A stretch of 50,280 bases of DNA, taken from positions 1-50,280 of the forward strand of contig JAVBYA010000055.1 in the NCBI GenBank assembly GCA_030824295.1, written 5' to 3'. Below, piece by piece: positions 8,340-16,623 of the stretch; position 1 is the stretch's first letter, and every line of letters starts with the position of its first letter. Source of the stretch: Bacteroidota bacterium. GTDB taxonomy: Bacteria > Bacteroidota > Ignavibacteria > UBA10030 > UBA8401. A program made the position numbers and the translations under genes. The notes under the pieces are model-generated. The model saw only the letters and a program-made list of their open reading frames with translations, searched no databases and was not told where the DNA came from.

Positions 8340-8499
8340 GACGTGACGTATGCGCTCATGTCATTCTGAGAGAGCTCGAGATTTCACTCGCTGCGACCGA
8401 ACCTGCCCGGCTGTCGGCACCCGCCTGCTCATGCAAGCGGGCAGGCAGCCGCGCAGACGGGGAATCTGCCTGGAATGATCCAAGCAGACTCTTCAATGA

Positions 8500-8916
8500 T
8501 TACCGGAATCCCGGAACATCGATCCTGATCTGAGGATTGATGGAGAGAAGATGGTTGAGGAACTTCTGCTCCTCCGCCGGAGATATGAGCACAAACCCGC
8601 TCTTACCGTACCGAACCTCCAAACGGTCCAGAGAAGCGGCAGGGGAGCTGATCGGATTCCACGTCGCTATGACGGATGTGATGGAAGCAACGGGGAATGA
8701 CGAGCTGTAAAGGAAGCCACTCTTCACGTGCAGAAGGTCGTTGTGGATGGTGTACCGTGTACTGAGAAAAACGTACGCGACGAATGCCGCCGCACCGGCC
8801 GGAGCGAAAAGTCCCTGCCAGATGCCGTTGGCAATAAAGATGACAAAGATCCCGCCAAAAAGAATGGTGAGCGGGATCGCCAGCTCGAGTCCGATCTTGG
8901 AACGGTAGACGGTCAC
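8500..8916 (-). CDS. Membrane-anchored bacterial PH (bPH, DUF1200-like) domain protein
   Basis: Two N-terminal TM helices are followed by a motif pattern typical of bPH_4-type proteins ([28 protein letters not shown]..., SLDRLEVRY). The GTG start overlaps the upstream stop (GTGA). Confidence 0.6.
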   Translation of the reverse strand: MTVYRSKIGLELAIPLTILFGGIFVIFIANGIWQGLFAPAGAAAFVAYVFLSTRYTIHNDLLHVKSGFLYSSSFPVASITSVIATWNPISSPAASLDRLEVRYGKSGFVLISPAEEQKFLNHLLSINPQIRIDVPGFR

Positions 8917-9095
8917 TCCTGCTCTCCCTGGTCATTGTGCTCGGATGAGCGTGTCCTCCCCGCCTTCCGGACCCCTTCCTTCAGCAGGAATTCGATCTGT
9001 GCGTTCACACTGCGCAGATCGTCCGCGGCCCACTTCTCCAGCGCGGCGTACAGTTCGCCGTCCAGCCTGAGCAGGAATTTTTTCTTTTCGCTCAT
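8913..9095 (-). CDS. Arc/MetJ-type ribbon-helix-helix DNA-binding protein (60 aa)
   Basis: [41 protein letters not shown] fits the RHH beta-strand/helix/helix pattern. Only the C-terminal 60 codons of track ORF 8913..9491 are used, because the rest overlaps the next gene. Confidence 0.65.
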   Translation of the reverse strand: MSEKKKFLLRLDGELYAALEKWAADDLRSVNAQIEFLLKEGVRKAGRTRSSEHNDQGEQE

Positions 9096-9111
9096 AGAGT
9101 ATACTGCAGAT

Positions 9112-9621
9112 TTATCCTGCGCCTTGTGCGTGCTGCCGGCGCTCGAGCAGTTTTTGATACACTGCCATGATGATCCAGGGATGCTGTTCCAGCAGCGTTG
9201 ATGCGTGATGGAAGGTCGCGATGATGCCGGTGCGCCAGATCGATTCACGGCGGAACGATACGAGCCGGACCTTCTGCATGGAGTACAGTTCGTTGTCGTT
9301 CTTCCACATTCCGAACCGGTACTCGATCCGCTCGCCGTTCGGCAGATGGAAGAATCCGCCCCCTTTCCATCCTTCCGGAACGAACGTCGCGGTCGGCAGC
9401 TGATCGTGACCTTTAGTGATCTCCGTCTTTGAACTCCAGAAGCTGGGACGGGAGATCTTCCAGGTCTCTCCGAATCCTTCCACGATGACATCCGTGCTGT
9501 ACCATTTCGGGGAGCGCATGGTCATCAGCACCGTCTCACCGGCCTGAAGATGGTGCACCCTCTTCCAAATGGAGGGCTGCACCAGTTTCAGTTCCTTTGT
9601 TGTGTAGTCTGCTAATGTCAT
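9112..9621 (-). CDS. Hypothetical protein, beta-rich with a C-terminal hydrophobic helix (169 aa)
   Basis: The ORF has coding-like composition. I placed the start at MTLADYTT because the 27 upstream codons run through GC-hairpin repeats at 9668-9727. I recognise no family. Confidence 0.5.
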   Translation of the reverse strand: MTLADYTTKELKLVQPSIWKRVHHLQAGETVLMTMRSPKWYSTDVIVEGFGETWKISRPSFWSSKTEITKGHDQLPTATFVPEGWKGGGFFHLPNGERIEYRFGMWKNDNELYSMQKVRLVSFRRESIWRTGIIATFHHASTLLEQHPWIIMAVYQKLLERRQHAQGAG

Positions 9622-9767
9622 GGTCGTTGCTTTTGTTCTGCCCGGCTGCGCTGTGTGCTCGAGCTGGCGGCGCCGTAGGGGCGGCGGGTTTCCGTGAGAC
9701 ATATTGGCGCCGCCGTAAAGGCGGCGGTTACTCGTTGTGTCGAGGCGCAGCCGTGATGCTCAGAATG

Positions 9768-10643
9768 TTACTGATAGAGTGTACCGGTGTTGATCACCGG
9801 CTGCATATCCTTGTCCGAGACGAGCGCGACCATCAGGTTGTTCACCATCGTGGCCTTCTTGTCCTCGTCCAGCTTCACGATCTTCTGGTCCGCGAGCATG
9901 CGCAGCGCATCCTGCACCATGCCGACCGCTCCCTCGACGATCTTCTTGCGCGCAGCGATGATCGCCTGCGCCTGCTGACGCCGCAGCATGGTCTGTGCGA
10001 TCTCCTGCGCATAGGCAAGATGACTGATACGCGCTTCGATGATCTCCACTCCTGCCACTTGCAGACGGGTCTGCACTTGTTTCGCGAGTGCGTCGGCGAT
10101 CTCTCCCGGGTTGCCGCGGAGCGACGCTTTGCTCTCATCGTGCGAATCGTAGGAATATTCGGACGCCAGCGCGCGGATGGCGGTCTCGCTCTGGATCGCG
10201 ACGAACTGTTCGTAGTTCTCCACATCGAACAGTGCGCGTGCCGAGTCGGTCACACGGTACACTACCACGGCGCCTATCTCGATCGGGTTGCCGTCCAGGT
10301 CGTTCACTTTGATCCGTTCGCTGTTGAAGTTGTGGATGCGGAGCGAGACGCGTTTCTTGGTGGTGAACGGATTCGTGAAATAGAACCCTGCTTCGCGCAC
10401 CGAGCCGACATACTTACCGAAGAGGACCAGCACACGCGCCTCATTCGGCTGCACGATAAAGAACCCGCCGGGAACGATGAAATTGAGGATCACCATCGGG
10501 ATGAACACGATGAGCATCGCCGGAAGCTCCGCCCGGATCATCATCACCAGCCAATAAAAATTAAAGACCGTAAGAGCGATCGTAAGGAACAGCATCAAAT
10601 ACCCGCCGGTGGAGCGTGCGCTTTTTTCAACAATCGTCTGCAT
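9768..10643 (-). CDS. SPFH/band-7 (stomatin/prohibitin-like) membrane protein
   Basis: An N-terminal TM hairpin is followed by an SPFH core ([29 protein letters not shown]...[30 protein letters not shown]). Confidence 0.85.
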   Translation of the reverse strand: MQTIVEKSARSTGGYLMLFLTIALTVFNFYWLVMMIRAELPAMLIVFIPMVILNFIVPGGFFIVQPNEARVLVLFGKYVGSVREAGFYFTNPFTTKKRVSLRIHNFNSERIKVNDLDGNPIEIGAVVVYRVTDSARALFDVENYEQFVAIQSETAIRALASEYSYDSHDESKASLRGNPGEIADALAKQVQTRLQVAGVEIIEARISHLAYAQEIAQTMLRRQQAQAIIAARKKIVEGAVGMVQDALRMLADQKIVKLDEDKKATMVNNLMVALVSDKDMQPVINTGTLYQ

Positions 10644-10674
10644 AACAAATTCCTTTCTCTGAGTTGATATTGCT

Positions 10675-10703
10675 ATGATATCACTTTAATATCTCTTTGT
10701 CAA
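10675..10703 (-). promoter_or_regulatory. Sigma70-like promoter of the SPFH gene
   Basis: Read on the minus strand: TTGACA (10703-10698), a 17-nt spacer, then TATCAT (10680-10675), about 30 nt upstream of the ATG at 10643. Confidence 0.55.
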
Positions 10704-10730
10704 GTACTTTTTTCATCCCCATCCCCCTAA

Positions 10731-10760
10731 TAAAAAACCCCGGAAATCGCGTTCCGGGGC
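10731..10760 (-). terminator. Rho-independent terminator after the T9SS cargo gene
   Basis: CCCCGGAA/TTCCGGGG stem (10738-10745 / 10752-10759) followed on the minus strand by a T6 run. Confidence 0.8.
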
Positions 10761-10788
10761 GTTATAAGCGGTTATATATCGGTCGGCG

Positions 10789-13614
10789 TCATCGGACCAA
10801 GACCATCTTTTTGGTCGACACATAGGCTCCCGAGCGGAGTCGATAGAGATATAGACCGCTGGCGAACCGGGAAGCATCGAATGGAACAGAATAGCTGCCG
10901 GCATCCATCATCCCCTCTGCAAGAACGGCGACCTCCCTCCCCAGCAGATCGTACACCGCAAGCGTGACCGGTCCGCGGGCGCCTACCGAGAATCGAATGC
11001 GGGTCACCGGGTTGAACGGGTTGGGATAATTCTGATCAAGAGCGAACACGGCGGGCGCCGCTAACGTCGCAGGGACCGATAACGCCACATTGGAGATGCG
11101 GAGCGTGTCATGATAGCTTAACCCTTTCGTGGTCAGCAACACCAGTGTGTCGCCGTTGATGGGGACGTTTTGAGTATCGTTTTCCGACTCGATGAATGTC
11201 GTCCACGTCAGTCGTTCTTTACCGTGGACCGGTTCAACAAAATAGAACCCGTACAGCCACGAAAAATACCGCACCATCCAAAAACCCACTGGTTGACCGG
11301 TCGAACGATTCCGGACAGAGAAATTCACCGTATCCACAGGAGTATGTTCGCCAATGAACGGGTATAGGTCTGTCATCACGCTGGGAACCCCGAAGATGAT
11401 CATATAGTCGGACGGTTCGGGATACCCGCGATAGATCTCCGTCGGCGAATATTCGATCTCGCTCGGCTTGAATATGATCTCTGTCTTCACAGAATCTCCG
11501 CGGGACCAATAAAAGCTATCCAGTTCCGTGGGGACATCCGCAACGGTAAGGCGGAGACCATTGAACACCGGCGATTCAGACCGATCACGGATCTCTGCAT
11601 TCTGTACAACCATCGTATTGGTCGATACATTGCGGACCGACATTGTTTTCAGTCGACCGAGTGCCGTATCGGTGAACGAAACAATGAATTCATCATTCGT
11701 TGTCGCTCCTTTGTCCGCCACGCCGAGCGTAATGACCGCATCGGTCCTGCGCGGCGCCGCAATGATGTTGGAGAGCGCGACGGGGCTCCTCTGTGTGTTC
11801 TTCGCGAACGGTACAGTGGAGTCGGACATGGAGGTTGTCCCGTCCGAGACCGTCACGCGAAGTCGCAGAGCGGGCGAATTCGGAAGATCGCTCAGTGCGA
11901 TATCGATCGCCGATGTCTCTTTTGAAGCCGGATGGACCAGTTCCTTCCATCGGACCCACGCCCCTCCGGTGGAATAAGAAACGACGGTGGTCAATGTTTG
12001 CTGTTCCGGGTCACCGATCAATAGTTTCAACGGCAGCGATGATGCGGTGAGCGGTGAAGCATGGATCGGTTCGGATACGATGCGGACGAACGGTGTGCCG
12101 TTCATAAGATTGTCCACGGTAATGGTGGCCGGTGACTGACGGAAGGAGACGATCGCACCGGAGGGATCCCTGAAATAGATCCGGACCATCCCGAATGCAC
12201 AATCATTCACGGACGCGGTATTCCATGAGTATGCACCGTCATCCTCCGTTCCCTCGGCAACGGTGAGCCAATTCCTTCCGGCGTCCGGACTGAAATAGAT
12301 ATCGACCGCTCCGCCGGCATTCGCCGTCGGCCATTGGAGCGGCGCGGTTCCCGTGAACGTTTGCGGCGTGACAAATTGCGGCAGCGCCGCCTGTGACAGC
12401 AATGCGGGGATGTTGAATCCGTTCTTTGCCAGAAAACGCGCCAGACGGGTCTTGTGAATGATCCCTTGCGCGGTATAATCATAGAGAAGACCGGATACTA
12501 TTCTCACCGTTCCTCCGGAAGGAATGGAAAAATATTGTGTGCCAAACACATAATCGCCATCGCTGCCGGATGTGGCGGTGGTATCGTTCACAATGGAATT
12601 ATGGGCGGAATAGAATCCCGGTGTGAGGTACTTCCACTGCTTTTCATCCTCCCCCAATGGATATTCCCGGGACGGACTGAAATAGTGATACCCTCCGACC
12701 GCTTCATTCTGCTGCGAAACCAGAAAGGCCTCACCGAGTCTTCCAACACCACCCTGCCAGAAGGGATTCACAACTGCAGAATCCCCAAAATTTCCGCTGA
12801 TGACGACGTTCTCCTTTTTATACAATAAAGAGACGTCGTTCTCCGCCTCAAGAAAGAACTGACGACCGGACACACCAATGATCGTTCCGCTGAGATACCC
12901 AAACACGACTTTCGAATAATCAAAATCACTTTCGTTCGACACATCGTACACACGAAAGAGAATATCCGAAAAAAGCGAGTGTGCGAACTGCAGGTACCGA
13001 ACATCCACACGGATGCCATGCCCTTTCCTTGCCGTATCGGAAACCACCGGTCGGTACCGAACTCCCATCGCATTGTTCTCAGGCGAAGAGAATCGGTGGT
13101 CGTTGCGGTCATCCATTTGATAATAGGATTCAAGATCTGCAATGATCTGTCCGTTCCCGTTCAGCCCGCGCCAGACATTCCCCCACGACGAAGGCCAGGT
13201 GGAGGGATCGTTACTCATGGCAACACTGTTGCTTCCTGCGGCAGTCGATGAACCAACCGGCATCAATGCGAAGCGCTGAATACCATCCAAACCATAATCA
13301 TGTGAACTCGCCGGCCGCGCGACCGGTGCGGTGATCACGGAGTGGATGGTATCCGGAGATCCGTCGTTGTTATGGTCTTTGATCGGCAGCTCCAGTCCGA
13401 TCAGGATGCTGTTGTCGCCGATATAGCCATTGCTCGGAGCAAGCCACGCACCGCGCGGACGCGTATCCACGGGTTGTCCGATCACACCCCAGTTGCCGAA
13501 AACGGTCATAATATTGTTGCCGTTCATGACCGCTGAACGATAATATTCGGGACCGCTGTGCTGAGAGTGTACAATTGTTGTAGCAAGCAGGAGGATGAGC
13601 AGGATGTTTTTCAT
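10789..13614 (-). CDS. Large secreted protein of unknown function with a T9SS type-A C-terminal sorting domain
   Basis: Signal peptide MKNILLILLLATTIVHSQ. The last roughly 80 aa match the Por secretion tail pattern (LDQNYPNPFNPVTRIRF...LAVYDLLGREVAVL...SGLYLYRLRSG..KKMVLVR). I recognise nothing in the body. Confidence 0.85.
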   Translation of the reverse strand: MKNILLILLLATTIVHSQHSGPEYYRSAVMNGNNIMTVFGNWGVIGQPVDTRPRGAWLAPSNGYIGDNSILIGLELPIKDHNNDGSPDTIHSVITAPVARPASSHDYGLDGIQRFALMPVGSSTAAGSNSVAMSNDPSTWPSSWGNVWRGLNGNGQIIADLESYYQMDDRNDHRFSSPENNAMGVRYRPVVSDTARKGHGIRVDVRYLQFAHSLFSDILFRVYDVSNESDFDYSKVVFGYLSGTIIGVSGRQFFLEAENDVSLLYKKENVVISGNFGDSAVVNPFWQGGVGRLGEAFLVSQQNEAVGGYHYFSPSREYPLGEDEKQWKYLTPGFYSAHNSIVNDTTATSGSDGDYVFGTQYFSIPSGGTVRIVSGLLYDYTAQGIIHKTRLARFLAKNGFNIPALLSQAALPQFVTPQTFTGTAPLQWPTANAGGAVDIYFSPDAGRNWLTVAEGTEDDGAYSWNTASVNDCAFGMVRIYFRDPSGAIVSFRQSPATITVDNLMNGTPFVRIVSEPIHASPLTASSLPLKLLIGDPEQQTLTTVVSYSTGGAWVRWKELVHPASKETSAIDIALSDLPNSPALRLRVTVSDGTTSMSDSTVPFAKNTQRSPVALSNIIAAPRRTDAVITLGVADKGATTNDEFIVSFTDTALGRLKTMSVRNVSTNTMVVQNAEIRDRSESPVFNGLRLTVADVPTELDSFYWSRGDSVKTEIIFKPSEIEYSPTEIYRGYPEPSDYMIIFGVPSVMTDLYPFIGEHTPVDTVNFSVRNRSTGQPVGFWMVRYFSWLYGFYFVEPVHGKERLTWTTFIESENDTQNVPINGDTLVLLTTKGLSYHDTLRISNVALSVPATLAAPAVFALDQNYPNPFNPVTRIRFSVGARGPVTLAVYDLLGREVAVLAEGMMDAGSYSVPFDASRFASGLYLYRLRSGAYVSTKKMVLVR

Positions 13615-13779
13615 AGAAGCCTTAGCAGGATGAGAGTACGGAGTGGTGATCCCAATATAGCGAACCATTGCTCCGTCAACAATCACGCGAATACGGGATG
13701 CTGTGAACGGTCTTTCTCTTTAGTACATATACTCGCATACATCCCGAATTGGAGATTTTATTTTTATTATCCTCATTTA

Positions 13780-13813
13780 AAATGAACATCCCCGATTTCT
13801 TGCGAAATCGGGG
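13780..13813 (-). terminator. Terminator-like hairpin after the 13.9-17.1 kb gene row
   Basis: CCCCGATTTC/GAAATCGGGG 10-bp stem (13790-13799 / 13804-13813) followed on the minus strand by TGTTCATTTT. Confidence 0.6.
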
Positions 13814-13855
13814 ATGCGATAAAAATGTCCGGTTTAATTTTTTCCGGCGGAGAGG

Positions 13856-14074
13856 TCAGCGCTCCACAAAATCGTAGAACTGCACTTTAATGTCGAACTC
13901 CTGTCCGCTCTTATAATGCTGCTCGAACTTGCCCGGAAGCGGCTTCACCACTTTCACCGTGGCCCAGCATCCCTGTGCTTTCTGGATGGTCGCTTCGTAC
14001 ACCGGCACATCGTTCAGCACGCAGGTGTACGTCTTGCCGATCTCGGGTCCGTTCTTTTGTTCGTGCGTATGCAT
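13856..14074 (-). CDS. Small hypothetical protein (72 aa)
   Basis: The ORF has coding-like composition (GKTYTCVLNDVPVYEATIQKAQGCWATVKVVKPLPGKF...). The ATG at 14074 is preceded by GAGGAA. The alternative starts at 14086 and 14104 lie next to or inside a strong hairpin. Confidence 0.5.
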   Translation of the reverse strand: MHTHEQKNGPEIGKTYTCVLNDVPVYEATIQKAQGCWATVKVVKPLPGKFEQHYKSGQEFDIKVQFYDFVER

Positions 14075-14090
14075 ACGTTTCCTCATGGTT

Positions 14091-14139
14091 TGTAGGGACG
14101 ACACATTGTGTCGTCCCTACACAGTGTGCCGTCCTTACA
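14091..14139. repeat. Three-arm palindromic element (two alternative hairpins)
   Basis: TGTAGGGACGACACA (14091-14105) is perfectly complementary to TGTGTCGTCCCTACA (14107-21). A third arm, TGTGCCGTCCTTACA (14125-39), matches the second at 13 of 15 positions. Confidence 0.8.
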
Positions 14140-14143
14140 ACAT

Positions 14144-15358
14144 TTACGCCGCGGACGGTTTCTTCATCCGTCCGTACAGCAGCGCCGCAGCAAGGATCAC
14201 CGCCAGGCCGATCAGACCGTACAGCAGCCAGTTGCTCGGCTTCACTTTGGCGTACCACAGCTGCATCTTGGTATCGATGTCCGCTGTATTGGCATCGGTG
14301 AACAAGTTGTTCTCTTTCATCACCGGTACCCAGACCGGTTTCAGTTCGCCCGTCCAGAGTTCGTTGAAGGCGTTGTACACATCGTACGGGTCCTGCTCGC
14401 TCTTGGCGCCGGCACCGGTGATCTGGTCGTCAACGTACTTGGCGAGGATGTTATGCACATTGTCCCCGCTGCCGATGGCCGGCACGTTCAGTTTGGCGGC
14501 AGAGAAGAGACCGTTCAGCGAACGCCAGAACGCCTCGTCCACCTTGGCGCGCCACTCGGCGATCATCGTGTCGATGGCCGGGATCTCGCGGGCCTTCTCC
14601 TTGTTGGAGAGGTACGCATTGCCGATGAGGTTCTTCACGCCGTTCCAGTTGGACTCGAACTTGCGCTGCTCGGCGAAGAGCTTCGCCACATCGGAACCGG
14701 AGAGGAGCGTGGAGGAGAGGAATTCCATATTGTCCGCCGCTGCGCTCTTGATGTTGCTCAGCACGTTGCTTCGCTCGAGCTTCGCCTGCTGGTTCTTCTG
14801 CACATCGCCGGAGGGAGCGACGTTCTTATCGTACTGCATGAACAGACTGTCCACCAGCGCGAAGATCGCTTTGTCCCGCTTGGCGATGTTGTCCCGCAGG
14901 GTGCTGACGACCTTCTTCAGCGAATCGCGTTCTGCGGTGGCCTGCTTCAATTGAGCCAGCAGCGCGGTGTTCTCGCCGGAGAGTTTGCCCACTTCGGCGG
15001 TGAGCGTCTCCACCTGCTGCTCCAGCGCGGCGATGCGCGCGGCGCTCTCGCCGATGGCCTTGATCTTCTGTTCGGAATAGACGAACTGCGCTTTCAGCTT
15101 GTCGATGCTCGCATCGAAATCATCCGGGAAGAGTGCACCGTTCAGGAACTCGCGGTGCGGAGCGTACTCCGTCTCGAGCGCGTTCACCTTCTCGCCGACC
15201 GCGGCGATGGCGTCCGGCGTCTCCGCTTCGTTGATGGCGCGGAGCAGCTGTTTGTATTCTTTCTCGAAATCGCGTTTCACTTCGCTCTTGGTCCGCTCCT
15301 GTGCTGCGGCGAACGTGAACACGAACGCGCATGCCAGTAGAACGATGGTCTGTTTCAT
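14144..15358 (-). CDS. Uncharacterised envelope protein, paralogue 2 (signal peptide, coiled coil, C-terminal TM anchor; 404 aa)
   Basis: I placed the start at MKQTIVLLACAFVFTFAAAQ, preceded by TAAGGAGGAG. There is a heptad-rich segment near residues 95-150. The C-terminus is WLLYGLIGLAVILAAALLYGRMKK. The protein aligns with the upstream gene product. Confidence 0.8.
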   Translation of the reverse strand: MKQTIVLLACAFVFTFAAAQERTKSEVKRDFEKEYKQLLRAINEAETPDAIAAVGEKVNALETEYAPHREFLNGALFPDDFDASIDKLKAQFVYSEQKIKAIGESAARIAALEQQVETLTAEVGKLSGENTALLAQLKQATAERDSLKKVVSTLRDNIAKRDKAIFALVDSLFMQYDKNVAPSGDVQKNQQAKLERSNVLSNIKSAAADNMEFLSSTLLSGSDVAKLFAEQRKFESNWNGVKNLIGNAYLSNKEKAREIPAIDTMIAEWRAKVDEAFWRSLNGLFSAAKLNVPAIGSGDNVHNILAKYVDDQITGAGAKSEQDPYDVYNAFNELWTGELKPVWVPVMKENNLFTDANTADIDTKMQLWYAKVKPSNWLLYGLIGLAVILAAALLYGRMKKPSAA

Positions 15359-15429
15359 CTGCTCCTCCTTATTGAAAGACTGTACCGCCGCGTGTGCATC
15401 ACGCATCCGGCGGCGGTGAACATTCGGTG

Positions 15430-16623
15430 TTATGCCGTGCGCTTTCGTGTACCGAGATAGACCCCCGCCAGCACCGCGATGACCAGTGCGCCGATCAGGA
15501 TGTAGGTGAGCGTGCTGTCCTCGATCGGTTTCATGCCGGCGGACCAGAGTTTCGTCCGGGCATCGATCTCGTTCAGCTGCTCCTCGGTGAACATGCCGTG
15601 ACGCATCATCACGGGGATCCACGACGGTTTCAGCTTGCTTCCCCATGTCTTGTACGCGAACGCTTCGAACATGGCGCTCTGCTCATCCGGTGTGCGCTGT
15701 GCGCTGTTCCGCGATTCCTCATCGATGAACTTCAGGATGTTCGTGTACATCTCTTCGCCGTTGTTGAACGGTGCGATCGGGAGCTTCTCGGCCGCGAAGA
15801 CCTCGTTGACCCCTTTCCAGAACACACCGTCGGTGAGCGTGCGCCAGTTGGTGATCAGTCCGGCGATCTCCGCCACTTCCTTCCCTTGCTGCGAAGCGGG
15901 AACGTATGCTTTGGAGAGTTTCTGTCCCACACCGCTCCAGGACGATTCGAACCGGCGCTGTTCGTTGAGCAGCTGCGGGATCTGCTGCGGCGAGAAGCTG
16001 GCGGAGGAGAGGAACAGGATGTTGTCGTTCACCGAACGGCGGATGCTGGCCACGACATTCTTCTTCTCCAATACGGAGAGCTTCTTCATGTCGGTGCCGG
16101 AGAGCTGGTCCGTATCGTACTTCACGAACAGACTGTCCACCAGCGCAAAGACCGCTTCGTCACGCTTCTGGATCTCGGTCTGCAGCATGGCGATGGTCTT
16201 CTTCAGCGTGGCGAGTTCCGCCTGCGCTTTGGCAAGCTGCGAGCGGAGCGAGGCGTTCTCTTCCTTCAGGGACTGTACCTGACCGGTGAGTGATGCTATC
16301 TCCTTCTCCAGCTGCGATGCCCGGATCTTCTTGTCCGCCAGTTCCTTGGATTTCTTCAGCCGGTCGATCAGTCCGTCATATCCGTCCGGGAAGACCGCCT
16401 TGTTCAGGAACTCCTGATGCGGTTTGAACTCGCTCTCGAACGCCGCAACATCGGCCACAAGCTTCGTGAGTGTCTCTTCGTTCTCGGCGCTGTTCAGATT
16501 CTTGGTGAGCAGGACGAAACGGGTCTCGAAATCCTTCTTGATCTCGGACTGTGTCCGTTCCTGCGCGTTCGTGCTGCCGAGCAGCAGGAACAGTCCAAAG
16601 AGCAGAGTGATACTTGTCCTCAT
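15430..16623 (-). CDS. Uncharacterised envelope protein, paralogue 1 (signal peptide, coiled coil, C-terminal TM anchor; 397 aa)
   Basis: Signal MRTSITLLFGLFLLLGSTNAQ. Motifs shared with paralogue 2 include AQERT.SE.K.DFE, PH.EFLN, KRD.A.FALVDSLF, EQR.FES.W.GV and LKP.W.PVM. The C-terminal anchor is LTYILIGALVIAVLAGVYLGTRKR. The ATG overlaps the upstream stop (ATGA). Confidence 0.8.
   Translation of the reverse strand: MRTSITLLFGLFLLLGSTNAQERTQSEIKKDFETRFVLLTKNLNSAENEETLTKLVADVAAFESEFKPHQEFLNKAVFPDGYDGLIDRLKKSKELADKKIRASQLEKEIASLTGQVQSLKEENASLRSQLAKAQAELATLKKTIAMLQTEIQKRDEAVFALVDSLFVKYDTDQLSGTDMKKLSVLEKKNVVASIRRSVNDNILFLSSASFSPQQIPQLLNEQRRFESSWSGVGQKLSKAYVPASQQGKEVAEIAGLITNWRTLTDGVFWKGVNEVFAAEKLPIAPFNNGEEMYTNILKFIDEESRNSAQRTPDEQSAMFEAFAYKTWGSKLKPSWIPVMMRHGMFTEEQLNEIDARTKLWSAGMKPIEDSTLTYILIGALVIAVLAGVYLGTRKRTA

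Noticed and set aside
8913-9491. The 192-aa ORF as listed in the track.
   Set aside because: Its N-terminal 132 codons overlap the better-supported gene at 9112..9621 in another frame and are Arg/Ser/Pro-rich. Only the last 60 codons, an RHH protein with its own ATG, look real.
14108-16293. Plus-strand ORFs of 410 aa and 299 aa (14108..15340 and 15394..16293).
   Set aside because: They are antisense to the two coiled-coil paralogues. The minus-strand genes have signal peptides, SD sites and mutual homology, and the plus-strand products are low complexity.
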